A stretch of DNA of 64,000 nucleotides from Octopus vulgaris (GCA_951406725.2 OX597831.1:25854001-25918000); one strand, 5' to 3'. Shown: positions 12,244 to 25,091, counted from the stretch's first letter. Notes: generated from the sequence alone by a model not told the origin. Translations and numbers: made by a program.

Positions 12244-12379
12244 ATATATATATATATCATAATTTTGATCTTCACTTCAGCATACATTTTTCAGGCTACT
12301 TGGGTGGGTTGGATTTTAATATGCAATACAGTTTTATTTTTGCATGTTCATTGTACATCTTTTCATCCATGAGGCACAT

Positions 12380-12780
12380 GAAACTAAGATATTATTCATC
12401 AATTTTTTTTGTCTGCCTCTGCTATTGTTACCTTCCTCTGTTCAATGATAACTTTTCCACTCGGCTGGAATCAACCATTAGAATTTCAGCCAAACCAACC
12501 ACTTTAGTAATTTTTCTTGCTTATACAAATTTGTCTGGTGTCCACTCACACTTTCTCAATTTTCTTTGGCTTAGTATTTCTCATCGATAGAAAAAAACTG
12601 CACGTCCAACTGATCACATTCATTTCATTTCTGTCCAGTCATTGAGGCAGATCTTCTGAACTCATAACTCATGATTCACTTCCATACAGCATCATACTTC
12701 TTAGACTTGTTTCATTTTGTCTACTATTTGTAAACAGAATGGAACTTTCAGAATTGTTCCACTTCCATGAGTCTCATGTT
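12380..12780 (-). pseudogene. Highly degraded RTE-like LINE ORF fragment (post-RT region)
   Basis: Minus translation around 12600-12700 gives MLYGSES*VMSSEDL..LDRNEMNVISWTC, resembling the RTE pattern MLHGSETW...LERNE..M.RWMC. Confidence 0.55.
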
Positions 12781-13023
12781 TTGTTTCTTCTTTTATACTA
12801 AAATAATACTATTCTAATTCTTTACATCAGGTGTGAGACCAATTTTTAAATATTTGTTTGGATAATTTCAAACCAGCACTTTGCAAGTATTCTCTTCCAT
12901 ATATCATTGCTTTATTGACAGTTACTATATTTGACTCTGGAATTTTAATAGCAGCTCTTTGCATTTAAATACATCACTTTTGGATTCTTTATACCCAAGG
13001 TTGAATGGAAGAGATATTTGAGT

Positions 13024-13600
13024 CATCATCATCATCATCGTTTAACGTCCGCTTTCCATGCTAGCATGGGTTGGACGATTTAACTGAGGTCTGGCGAACC
13101 AGATGGCTGCACCAGACTCCAATCTGATCTGGCAAAGTTTCCACAGCTGGATGCCCTTCCTAATGCCAACCACTCCAAGAGTGTAGTGGATGCTTTTATA
13201 AGCCGCCGGCACGAGGGCCAGTCAGGTGGTACTGGCAACGGCCACGCGCAAATGGTGCTTTTTATGTGTCACCTGCACAGGAGCCAGTCCAGCGGCACTG
13301 GCAACGATTCCGCTTGAATGTTTTTTTTACACATGCCACCAGCACAAGTGCTAGTAAGGCGACGCAGGTAATGATCATGCTCGAATGGTATTTTTAACGT
13401 ACCATTGGCATGGAGGCCAGCTTGTTGCTCTGGCAACGATCTCACTCGTATGGTACTCTTAGCGCTCCACTAGCACAGATGCCAGTCATCGAATTTGATT
13501 TCGATTTCATTTGCCTCAACAGGTCTTCGCAAGCAGTGTTTAGTGTCCTATGAAGGAGAGGCTTGCATAAGTGGACTGGTTACAACCCTGGCATAGGCCA
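13024..13600 (-). mobile_element. Longest family D copy: LINE 3' region with about 4.5 tandem 66-bp units
   Basis: (CAT)n tail at 13024; units begin near 13190, 13255, 13320, 13387 and 13452; unique upstream sequence runs to about 13600 with no tRNA head. Confidence 0.88.
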
Positions 13601-14320
13601 ATGTAATAATTTTAGTTGTTTGCTTTGATGTAGCTTTTCTTCACATATATCGCATTGTCTTTCCTCTCCATGATTCCCTCTTTCTTTCTTTTGTAATTCA
13701 TACTTTTAATATGTTTTAGTGTTTCTCTTGTATGATGTTCCTCAAAGAGACTATCTGATCTGTCTGGAGCTTATATTTTTTAGAAATCATCAGTTGACTT
13801 ACGGTTCTAATTTCTTCCCGATGAAGGACTTGTGTCCAGAACACTGGAATCTTCTATTCACAATGGCATACCAACTTTGACAAATTTTCCTGCATTCCAA
13901 TAAATACAATTTTTCTGATGTTGACCACCATCATTCTCCTTCCTTTCTTAATGTATTACCATTTTTATGGCATGTCAGTTGTCAGTATTATTTACAGTTT
14001 CAACTGAAAACAATAGAGTTTTTATAATCTTTCTTTTACTGGCCAAAGCAATAGCAATTTCTCATGTGTCATTTATAAAGGTGTTCAAATCTTTAGTCAT
14101 TATTATTTGCTGAGTGGATTAAAATTCTGACATTCTCTAATAATACAGATTCCTTGGAAATACTTTACTTTCTTTTTTAATATATTTTGCTTATTGCTAA
14201 AGATTTTTCAATGCAAAAGCAAATTATTTCTTTAGCTTTTTTTTCAGTCTGAATCGATTTCATTTGTAAAGTAAACTAAATTATATTTTAAATGGGTCAG
14301 TATATTTGGGATTAAACACA

Positions 14321-14700
14321 CTCTTTTACTCTTTTACTTGTTTCAGTCATTTGACTGGAGCATCGCCTTTAGTCAAGCAAACCGACCCCAGGACTTATTC
14401 TTTGTAAGCCTAGTACTTATTCTATCGGTCTCTTTTGCTGAACAGCTAAGTTACGGGGATGTAAACACCATCGGTTGTCAAGCGAGGTTGGGAGCACAAA
14501 CATATACACACACATACATACATATATATATATATACATATAGGCTTCTTTCAGTTTCTGTCCACCAAATCCACTCACAAGGCTTTGGTTGGCCCGAGGC
14601 AATAGTAGAAGATACTTGCCCAAGGTGTCACACAGTGGGAATGAATCAGGAACCATGTGGTTGGTAAGTAAGCTACTTACCACACAGCCATTCCGCACCT
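14321..14700 (-). mobile_element. Family A SINE
   Basis: Reverse complement is collinear with 2646-3049, with small deletions. Confidence 0.92.
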
Positions 14701-15138
14701 AGACAGACTAAATTTTTGCACCATCTGGTTGCAAACGTTATCATATTTGTTTCCAATAAGGAAAGCAAAACTTTTATCTTTTTATTGTTAAATATTTTAT
14801 TGTTAGATCAGTGATATCTATATGTTCACACTTAAAGGTGTGTGAGCTGTGTACACCCACCTGTATTCAGATAAATTATCCTATTAGTTCTAATAGATGC
14901 AATGCATATCAGCTGCAAAAGCTATTATTGAAATTAAGAGCTTCCTACTGTAATTATCAATATGATCCAGATGAAACCTCACACAACTGCCACTTTAGCT
15001 TGGCTTCAAGACAAAAAATAGATTTAAGTGACTTTCCAAAATTGAAATTCATAAAGCTCACAAAGAGACTGAAATCTTCATATTCTCAGCTTCATGCACA
15101 TACAACCTGAAATGATAGTGTATGTGATATATTAGAAA

Positions 15139-15368
15139 GGTGGCGAGCTGGCAGAAACGTTAGCACGCCGGGCGCAATGCTTAGCGGTATTTCGTCTGCG
15201 TTACGTTGTGAGTTCAAATTCCGCCGAGGTCAACTTTGCTTTTCATCCTTTCGGGGTCGATAAATTAAGTACCAGTTACGCACTGGGGTCGATGTAATCG
15301 ACTTAATACCTATGTCTGTCCTTGTTTGTCCCCTCTGTGTTTAGCCCCTTGTGGATAATAAAGAAATA
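15139..15368 (+). mobile_element. Family B SINE (tail type 1), young copy
   Basis: GAGCTGGCAGAAACGTTAG, B box GAGTTCAAATTCC and central TTTCATCCTTTCGGGGTCGATAAATTAAGTACCAG (resembles the MetaSINE central domain as I recall it). Exact 13-bp TSD GATATATTAGAAA at 15126 and 15369. Confidence 0.93.
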
Positions 15369-16278
15369 GATATATTAGAAAACTGAGCAATCAACTGATA
15401 GAGTATATGATGTGTTTGCAAACTGACAATGAAGAATTCCTAACCACTTTGTTCCATTCGAATACAACACTACAACCTTATACATTCCATACTTGTGATT
15501 CCTCTCAGAATCAAAGAAAGCTCTTAAATTTAGGAAAAGATATAATTTGTGATCAAAGTTTAATTCTTTTCTCCGTTTTTGTTTCCCTGAAGCTTTAGAT
15601 ACCACCACTACTTAACATTTGCAAATAGAATTAAATTTTTGTTATCTTTATATATCTAATACTTTATTTAATTCTGTATCTGCATAATTTTTTATACATG
15701 CCTTTTACATTATATAATTTTGTATCTCTCCAAGGACTGTGATTATTGATTTATTTTATAATTTTGGGACGATAGGTATTCTATCAATATGACAATGTAC
15801 AAAATGCTTATATACCTAATCTTTTCATATTTATACAACAGGCCCATGTCGTTTGTATAATTTGTTCGAATATTTTTGGTAAGAAGAGAATTACTTCTTC
15901 TAAAATGTTTGATTTAAGTATCATTTTTAGTTTTGGATGCTAGAATTTTAAATTTAACTACCTGAAACCTGGAGCTAAGTTGCATATATTTTGAAATGAA
16001 TTAGTCTATTGTATGTTGTACCAGTAACATTCACATTTAATTCTATATTACATTAGTTTATGAAACTGGAAAATCTGTACCATTCTTTCTCTCTTTTCCT
16101 CTATCTTTTTATGGTCAGGAAACTTACCTGTGATAGGTACCAACATATTCTATAAAGTAGATAAATTATTTGCATCTCATAAATTTCCAGACTTGGATAC
16201 TAGGTAATAATTTTCTGTTCTAACAAAGTTAAATGCTACAGGCTAATACTGAGCAGAGAGGATGGTCTGTCTCTTATC

Positions 16279-16671
16279 GGATCTTTTCGGTTTGAAGGGC
16301 AGTTTTTTCTAGCGGCGTCATATGAAATTGTCACCCATAATTATGACCCTAGTATCGATCTATTGCATTTCAATCTATTTTAGGGTTAGGGTTAGGATTA
16401 GGGGTGGGGGAAGGGTATATTTTTTCTTCAGAAATGGAAATAAACCCAATATGGCACAGAATGTTTTCACCTCAATAGACGTCATTGATTGGTTGAAATT
16501 GCAGAAATTGAAGAAAAAAAACAACAAATATCTTACAAACTATAGAATTTTCTCAATAAAGCCAAGAGGAAAAGATGTTTTATAAACACATTCTACCAGT
16601 ATACGAAGTTTAAAAGTGTTTAGTTACGTGGAAATTATTTTTAAAAACTGCCGTTCAAACCGAAAGGATCC
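16279..16671. mobile_element. MITE with 29-bp TIRs, 9-bp TSD and internal TTAGGG repeats (Merlin-like termini)
   Basis: GGATCTTTTCGGTTTGAAGGGCAGTTTTT vs AAAAACTGCCGTTCAAACCGAAAGGATCC (2 mismatches); flanks TCTCTTATC / TCTTTTATC. Confidence 0.85.
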
Positions 16672-17344
16672 TCTTTTATCTCCTTAATGCTGCAGAAACC
16701 TTAGTGAATCATTGCTTTTTGAATCTTCGTGTTCTTCAAAAGACCGATTAACTAACCGCCTGGATTAAGCACTCCACTTACAAGAATTATAAGCTTGGCT
16801 CTTAAAAGCACTAATCTATTCTGAACAATTCCTGCTTTTAGATCTAAGAACATTGTTCCTATCATCTCTTGATTAGTTTAGCCACTTCTGTTATGTATCA
16901 GTAGTACTGACTTAGTTGACCCCCAGTAAGCAGTAATATCAAATTTTGTTGTGATTGCTATTGTACAACATGTCATCTTCATGTAATTTGTTATATAATA
17001 AATTTGTTGCTTATGAAGGTCAGTTAGTATTGGAAGCATCATAGTCTACCAGATGATCACATTAAGCAATATTTGACTTAACTTGAAAGTGTTGGTGACC
17101 AATTACAGTATCAATCTTGTTAGTATTATGTAAAAACAGTAATACAGTCAAATCTGCCAATTTAGAACAGCAATACTTTTCTTTACATCATGCATTAGAT
17201 GAATTTGTAGTTTGTAATTTATATTCTAAACTAATATTTCAAACATTACCCAATTTTAAACAACACAGTTAATAAGATTAATCCAATCAAATAATAAACT
17301 CTACTTTCAATATTTCATCAATTTAACTTTTTAAATAATTGCTG

Positions 17345-17400
17345 ACATCATTATCATAACCATCATCATCATAATCATCACCATTGTTGTTGTTGTTATA

Positions 17401-17442
<42 letters not shown>
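17345..17442. repeat. Trinucleotide tract (CAT)/(TGT)/(TAT)n
   Basis: Direct reading; source of the poly-N/D ORF. Confidence 0.95.
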
Positions 17443-17444
<2 letters not shown>

Positions 17445-17672
17445 GGTAGACAGTTTGCAGAATTGTTAGTACACTGGACAAAATGCTTAGTACACTGGAC
17501 AAAATTGTTAGTACACTGGACAAAATTCTGAGTTCAAATTCCACCAAGGTCGACTTTGCCTTTCATCCATTTGGGGTCGATAAATTAAGAACCAGTCGAG
17601 GTACTGGGGTCGCTGTGATCGATTGTCCTCCTCCTCACAAAGATCAAGGCCTTGTGCCTGTATTAGAAAATA
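17443..17672 (+). mobile_element. Family B SINE (tail type 2) with a 21-bp triplication in its head
   Basis: TTAGTACACTGGACAAAAT three times, then GAGTTCAAATTCC and the central domain. Confidence 0.88.
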
Positions 17673-18120
17673 TTACTGTTATTCCCATTTTCTTTACTTT
17701 TGCTATTTATTGAAATTTTTATTGGGAAGATAATTTTGCATACACATCTGTATCTTACATCACCTCATCTTTAAGAGTAAACACTCTACCTTTTAATTTC
17801 TTTGCTTAGTCTTATTTGGTTTAATTCTACGACTAGTAGCATCAATTCAAAACACTTCTATTTGCCAAAAATACACATAATTTCTCATAAATGGGGTATG
17901 CAAAGTATTTGTGGTCTAACTTTACTGGGTCATAAACGGAACATCTCCTAAAATGTAATGTTACATGGCATGCGCCAAAATTTAACTTTCTCATTTCTGT
18001 TTCAAATGCATCTACAACATCAATATTCACACTTGAAACAGCATTAGATTAATCCCCGCTTTTTTTTTTTTTTTTTTTTTTTTGTTGCTGAAAGCAGATA
18101 TATTCACTCAAAATTTCATT

Positions 18121-18334
18121 ACCATTAACTGTGAAAAGCAGTTTTATGTACCAATTTCTCTTTTGTTGAGAAATGTTCAAAACCATTTTTTGTTCAGATA
18201 TGTCGAACTTATTGAGATAACATAAGTTAGCGAAAATACCAATTTCTATTTATTTATTTATTTATCTATTTTTTTGGTAAATATTTAATATCATTACTAG
18301 AATAACCATGAAATTGAATTTCACAGTGAATGGG
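18121..18334. mobile_element. Older TTAA-type MITE
   Basis: ACCATTAACTGTGAAA vs TTTCACAGTGAATGGG (16-bp inverted repeat, 2 mismatches); TTAA on the right flank, degraded on the left. Confidence 0.55.
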
Positions 18335-18814
18335 TTAAAATAACAATGTATATACCATCATCATCACCATCCTCATCATTTAATGTCTTCCTTTCATGCT
18401 AGCATGGGTTGAATATAATGTATATAAAAACATATTGATTTAATTTTATCCTGCCCAAGCATTTATAAAAATCAGTGAAAGCTTTCTTTACCAATTTCTA
18501 TGTGAGAATGAATATTTTGGCATAACTCAGAATGTCTGTGAGTGTTTATCACTGAAGAGACCAAATTATATTGAAACATTATATATGATGATCTACTACT
18601 GTTATTGTGTATGAGCTCTGTATGTTTTTATACAAGTATATTTTTAAACAGTTAGGGGTGTTTCTCTGAGACAAAATATTACAGCTAGTACTGTTTTGCA
18701 TTTGTATGTATATTATAAATGTTATGAATGTAAATAATGCAAAGAATGTAAATAATGTACATAATTCCTCATCTCTTAAATATAGAACTGTATTACTCAG
18801 CTTATTCTTCAACT

Positions 18815-19080
18815 ACTGATACAAATCTTTGGCTCACATCTACCATATGTTACTATTGAACATTATCATTCATTTTACGTCTTATACACAACTAACTCTT
18901 TCCACAAAGAAAATATTTATCATTAATAAACATAACAGTTCTCTAAACTTCTTTCTCCCTGTTCTTACTTTAGTTTCTATGTTTTCACCAAAGCCATCTG
19001 TTGTACTAAACCTATCTATAACACATTGGCTATCTACTAAATAACCAGTGAGCCACAATATCCATATCATGGCCGATTTG
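18815..19080 (-). pseudogene. RTE-clade LINE ORF fragment
   Basis: ORF 18882-19070 contains GFGENIETKVRTGRKKFRELLCLL, resembling RTE GGCSES..RIR.GW.KFRELLPLL; a GSET-like motif follows in a shifted frame. Confidence 0.65.
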
Positions 19081-20308
19081 CTTTTAGAGTTTTGCTTCTT
19101 AGATTATGTCCAAAGATCCCTCAACCAATTTCGTATAAATAATGCATACAATACTTACAGAAATCTATGCTTCTACATATTATCTGAGAAACTGAGGTTA
19201 ATTAAACTCATATCATTTCAGTTACTTATTTCCATTTGATTTTTTGTTTAATTTATCATTTTTGTGATAAAAACCTTGCTAACCAGAACAGATAATTTTT
19301 AATTTCTTGTACTGTCAGTTTTAACTAGTTTCCATAAGTAATTACCTTTGGATATGCAGCTTTATGTGTTTATGTGCAAGTGTACTTGTACTTTCATATA
19401 TGTATCCTTTTTCCAATAATAAAATGCAAATAATGTAAATGTGAAGGATAATTGAAGACTATAGACATAAGTCTTATAAGGATTAAAATATTCAATTACA
19501 TTAGGAATGAAAATAGCTTAATTCATCATCATTATATTGTGTTTACATTAAAGATGAAGGCCTATATTTTTTGTTTAAATTGATAGGAAATCAAATATAT
19601 AAGAAAATTTATGAAAGATAAAAAAAAAGTGAAATATGAATCTTGAAAATATTTATCTGTTCAAAATAAATAGTCTTAATATCTTTGATTTTCATTTTAG
19701 CAATATAAATCTTTTCCTTTAAAAATTTCTATTAATAGCTTCAAAATCTTCCATTAAAATTTGTCACAAGGATATTTCTTGACTCATAATAGATAATATT
19801 TTATGAATGTTTACTTCTGAAGATTTTTTTTTACAAAAATGGGCTAAAGAAGAAATATTTTCCCTTGATATCTAAAAAAACAGACGATTTGTAAACTGAA
19901 ACAAATGAGAAAAAAATAACTTGAATATATTTAAGAGAGATAAAATTCTTCTAATGAATACAGAAAATTGCAACAAATATATTTAGGATTAAAGAATGTA
20001 TTTTTAAAAGAATTATAGCCATGTAAGCTTTGATAACTGGAATATTTTATTCAATTTAAACTGGATACTAAAATCAGTTATAACTAAAATTATAGCTAAA
20101 CGGTTATAACTAAGCAAAACAACTATAAATTTGTTCCAATGTTATGGCTCTGATGACTCTTAAGAAATATAAGGAAGAGCATTTTATCTTCAGTTTGAAA
20201 CTCTTCTCCACAGTGTATATTAATATTCCTCAATTTCCTATGATTCTTCTCCTTCACAGACTTATCTCTAGTGTCCTCAATCATTCTCTTCTTTCAGTTA
20301 AGAATTTT

Positions 20309-20536
20309 GGCAAGCTGGCAGAAACGTTAGCATGCTGGGCAAAATGCTTAGCCATATTTCATCTGCCGCTTCGTTCTGAGTTCAAATACTGCCGAGGTTG
20401 ATTTTACCTTTCATCCTTTCAGGGTCGATTAAATAAGTGCCAGTTATGCACTGGGGTCGATATAATCGGCTAAATCTGTTTGTCTGTCCTTGTTTGTCCT
20501 CTCTGTGTTTAGCCCCCTGTGGGTAGCAAAGAAATA
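20309..20536 (+). mobile_element. Family B SINE (tail type 1)
   Basis: Collinear with 15139-15368; exact 13-bp TSD AGTTAAGAATTTT at 20296 and 20537. Confidence 0.93.
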
Positions 20537-21053
20537 AGTTAAGAATTTTTTATCTCCCTATTCTAATGGGCATACAGGTGTGTACGTGGGTATGTATGAG
20601 CGAGTATACATCCATGTCCTTGTTTTTGCATGTGCAGCTGCATATAGGTATGTCTGCCTGTGAATGAAGGCATTTTGCATGTTTGCCTCAGACTAGTAGT
20701 GTTAAGCAAACACGTAAAATTCAGCCATTCTAAATTATGAATATTTTGGAACTTCTTCTGAGCTCTGACTCCACTTCTCTTCAGCTATTTTCTTTATGTC
20801 TCTTTCTCAATACTTTAAGAAATTTCATTAAATTCATTTTACTTAAATAGCTTTCTAGGCACAATGAGATTTCCCCTTTGTCTCCTGCTCTATCTGCTTA
20901 CTGTTTTGTCCTTTTTTTTTTTCCCTTTACTTGAAGATCCTTGAGATAAGAGTTCTTTCTACCTTCACCACTTATGCCAGACTTCTGACTCCTATCAAAC
21001 AAAGAGCACAAATTAGTATATTTTTTCATAAGTTTTGAACTTGACAAACTCTC

Positions 21054-21218
21054 TGTTATGTTGCACATTCAGATGACCTCGACTCACTACTCGACTCCTA
21101 CTTCTAGTCTACTACAACTGCTACTTTGTTCTAGTCTACTCAACGTCTAGACTTTTCTCACTATATCTACGTATTGGGCTAGCCCACTTCATCCTCTGGG
21201 TGGGGCGTCCAAACAACA
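21054..21218. mobile_element. Possible short solo LTR
   Basis: 165-bp segment bounded by TGTT...AACA with internal short repeats (CTCGACTC, TTCTAGTCTACT); no clean TSD. Confidence 0.35.
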
Positions 21219-22088
21219 CTTTATGAATTCTCCTATGAACAAATAGCTGCTGATGCACACCATCCCCTGTTGCCTCAGTTTCTGGATTTTACCCTGTCAA
21301 TACTTCACTTCTATCTTCCTTAATACCATCTTACAATCATAAACTTTTTTCATCTTTACCCAGTACCAGAGAAGAACAGTTTCCACCACAAATTATTGAA
21401 TGCACTATCAATATTTATGAGGACTTATTGATTGATCCCAGACTTCAAAAAGAAACTAAAAAAATAAATCATTCTTTTCACTGGATCTAAACCTAAGTTT
21501 AAAATATTACCATTTCTTAATATTTAATAGAAAGTGCAGTTCTTGGCTAAGTCAATAATGTACTAAATAACATAACAAGGAGTGACCAGTACATATCCTG
21601 TTACTGCAGTGTGTCTGTAGACAAAGAGACTCAGCTTTTTATGGTTGTGTCCACATTGTACTTAAGAAATATTTCATTGCTTTACAATACCGAGTTTAGT
21701 TATGTGATGGGGAAAGGTACCTGTGATAAAAATTTATCTCATTTGCTACAGAACTCCAGAAAGTGGAGATATGCATATAATTCAGAAAGGGATTAGCTTT
21801 GCATTAATACTCTGCTTATGCAAGTAAATTGTAATCTAGCTACACTTACTCTTCAAATGTATTTTTCTGCTGTCATCATTAATATAATAATTATGACAAC
21901 TATGATGATCATTATTATCCATTTCATCAAAGTAACTCTGTCACACACACACACACACACAAACATGCACACATACATAAATGCATACATACATACTTAC
22001 ATACCATGCTGGCATGTGTTCTACAACTGTTGTTCAAATCGGTTTTTTTCCTTAAAGGCTAAGCACTTCTTTACACAGCTCTCATCCT

Positions 22089-22118
<30 letters not shown>

Positions 22119-22121
<3 letters not shown>

Positions 22122-22546
22122 CGTAGGAGTGGTTGTGTGGTAAGTAACTTGCTTACCAACCACATGGTTCTGGGTTTAGTCCTACTATGTGGCACCTTGG
22201 GTAAGTGTCTTCTACTATAGCCTCGGGCCGACCAAAGCCTTGTGAGTGGATTTGAAACTGAAAGAACCCCGTCGTATATATGTGTATATATATGTATGTG
22301 TGTGTGTGTGTGTGTGTTTGTGTCTGTGTATATGTTTGTGTGTCTTTGTTTGTCCCCCCAACATCGCTTGATAACCGATGTTGGTGCGTTTACATCCCCA
22401 TAACTTAGCAGTTCCACAAAAGAGACCGATAGAATAAGTACTAGGCTTACAAAGATTAAGTCCTGGGGTTGATTTGCTCGACTAAAAGGTGGTGCTCCAG
22501 CATGGCCACAGTCACATGACTGAAACAAGTAAAAGAGTAAAAGAGT
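22119..22546 (+). mobile_element. Family A SINE
   Basis: Collinear with 2646-3049; preceded by (TA)n. Confidence 0.93.
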
Positions 22547-22549
22547 CTA

Positions 22550-23960
22550 TGTATATTGTACCTGTATCAGTGCAATCATTTCTCTTGCACATTACACCTG
22601 ATTCCTCTTGTATCCAGTTTTCCTCTCAACCCATTTGCATGCTGTCATTCATGCATATTAATTCTTAACTTCGTATAAGACAGGTTCCACATGAGACTGC
22701 ATCATTCAGCCAGTCCTTCAGGTTCGTGTCTCACTACCATGCAGTATCACTCTCTGTACACAAGCATTAGACAATCTATCCTTCACTCTGGGTGAGAATC
22801 TCTTTGTTACCAGCAGAAGTAATAACCCTTTGAACTTTCTCCAACCCCAGTTCTTACTTTCACTTCTGTGCTTTTTGTACATACACCACCACAACTAATA
22901 AGGTTACCGAGGTGACACAAACAATTTACTTCTTCTTATGAGCCTTGTCCTTCATGTGTAACCTTTCTATGAACTACTGCTGCATATTTGCTACATACAA
23001 ATTCTACCTTATTTATTAGTCTTCCTGTGATTCCTCCATACTATTTGTGTGTCTATACTCTCTTTTACTCTTTTACTTGTTTCAGTCATTTGACTTTGGC
23101 CATGCTGGAGCATCGCCTTTAGTTGAGCAAATCGACCCCAGGACTTATTCTTTGTAAGCCTAGTATTTTATTCTATCAGTCTCTTTTGCCGAATCACTAA
23201 GTTACAGGGACGTAAACACACCAGCATCGGTTGTCAAGCAATGTTGGGGGGGACAAACACAAACACATAAACACACACATACAGTTATATATATACATAT
23301 ATATGACGGGCTTCTTTCAGTTTCCATCTACCAAATACACTCACAAGGCTTTGGTCGGCCCGAGGCTATAGTAGAAGACACTTGCCCAAGGTGCCACGCA
23401 GTGGGACTGAACCCGGAACCATGTGGTTCATAAGCAAGTTACTTACCACACAACCACTCCTATGCCTATAGTTTACACAGAGCACACTATACAGAATCTT
23501 TGCCTACTTCTTTCCTACGTATTAAGCATGGACATTTCCTTAATGTTAACATGGTCTTTTTTTCTGACTTACTAAAACTTAATTCTTTGCTCATTTTAAT
23601 TTAAAGCCTTTTGTTTCTAGGTTTTGCTTTCAGGTTTAGAATATGCTTTCTAAATCTTCTAAGGACTCAGCTATAAGACCCAGTTCATCACCATGTACTT
23701 ATTCCTACTGATAGCTGTTCATAACCTCTTCTATTATGGCTTGTAGGTCTAAAATAAACATGAATGGGTCGAGGATAGACTCCAATTAAACCTAGACGCT
23801 AAATTTGTCATTAAACTCATAGCTAACATTCACTTTTACCTTGCTGACTAGGCTTCTGTACATTGGAAAACTGTATTCTACATGGACTTTATAAGCTATT
23901 TATCTAACCTTAGATTTTTTGTAAAGACCTCTGCATTACAGAACATGGAAAATGGTAAAT
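22550..23960 (-). pseudogene. Degraded RTE-clade LINE reverse transcriptase remnant, interrupted by a family A SINE
   Basis: Minus translation gives ESILDPFMFILDLQAIIEEV..E*VHGDELGLIAESLEDLE (compare QGSVLSPLLF...LLYADDLVLIAES) and KFKGLLLLLVTKRFSPRVKDRLSNACVQRVILHGSET. Confidence 0.8.
23058..23468 (-). mobile_element. Family A SINE
   Basis: Full-length reverse complement of the family A consensus. Confidence 0.93.
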
Positions 23961-25091
23961 TATAAAATACAAGGATCTATTGTGCATTTACATTGAAAAC
24001 AAGTAATCCAATGGGAAAGAAAATTAATTAAATTGAATGTAATGTAACATCAATATATTTTCATGTTAGGAAGAGGGAAAAAATATTACATTCTCGGCAT
24101 TGAGATGAAGAAGAGAAATAATAAATAAAAGTCCATTTGTTATCAAGGTTCACAGTAATAATGGATGAAGGAAGTAAGTATATATATGTGGTTTCTGAGT
24201 TGAAGAGAGTGGAGATGGATGGTAGTGGGTGAGGCAGAAATGCTGATCATACACCAAAAGAAAAAGGAAACGGATATCCATGCTTAGGAGATTGAATTTG
24301 ACCAATGTGACTGAGGAATGAGTACAGGTGTTTTCAGCATAGGAATGTTTTAGCCTGAACTGACAGCAAATAAATTGTTAATAGAGTGAAGGAGGAATGT
24401 GGAAGACATAACCAAATTCTGGATTACATGTGTGCAGATTCTGTGAGGAATGGAGGAGAGTTCCATTAGTACATATTCTGGTGTGTTATAATTTCATTAT
24501 AGTTGATCAGGGGGATGTGAGGCCGTAATCCTACAACTTTTTCCAAAAACATTCTCCCACCAGACAGCAGCAAAATCTTTATTAGCTCTAAGAACACTTT
24601 TACATTCACCAGCAATACCAAGTATAAGAAAGAACATATGTAACACAGAGCCGTTTTTCTGTGATTCTAACTAGACACAAACAATTACCATTCACTTCCA
24701 AAGAAGGAAAAAGATTGATAGTGGTAAGAGAGGAGTTGGTTTACAATCATCAATCATCTGTTTTTGAGATGTCTATGTCAGGAAAAGAACAGAGATCTTA
24801 TCCAGTTGTGGGATTTGAAGTCATTAAATGCTTTTTAGTAAAGTGATTTTCTTTTTTTATGTAGACTTTTTTTTTAGATATGAAGCTGGATATTGTAAGA
24901 TTTTACATCTTTTCTTCTTCTTGAAAATCAGGCAGCTACATCATATTAGTGATGGAAGACATATTGTAATGTTTTATGAGTCTAATCTCTGTAGTTTGAT
25001 GATGTTATAGTAGAATGCTTGGCATTCTGATGTTGCTAATTGGTTTCAGAAATGCTTTCTTATTGAATATTGTTGAGTGATTCTGATTCTA

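Noticed and set aside
13190-13490. Regularly spaced 66-bp units resembling a CRISPR array
   Set aside because: Whole units are homologous with no unique spacers. They lie inside a dispersed retroelement in eukaryotic DNA, and there are no cas genes.
16380-16403. TTAGGG repeats as a chromosome end or fusion scar
   Set aside because: Only four units, one degenerate, enclosed by the TIRs and TSD of a MITE.
24100-24850. Purine-skewed tracts (also 28700-29050, 29780-30250, 57000-57430 and 61100-61440) as coding sequence
   Set aside because: Probably very old LINE remnants, but too degraded to assign a family or boundaries.
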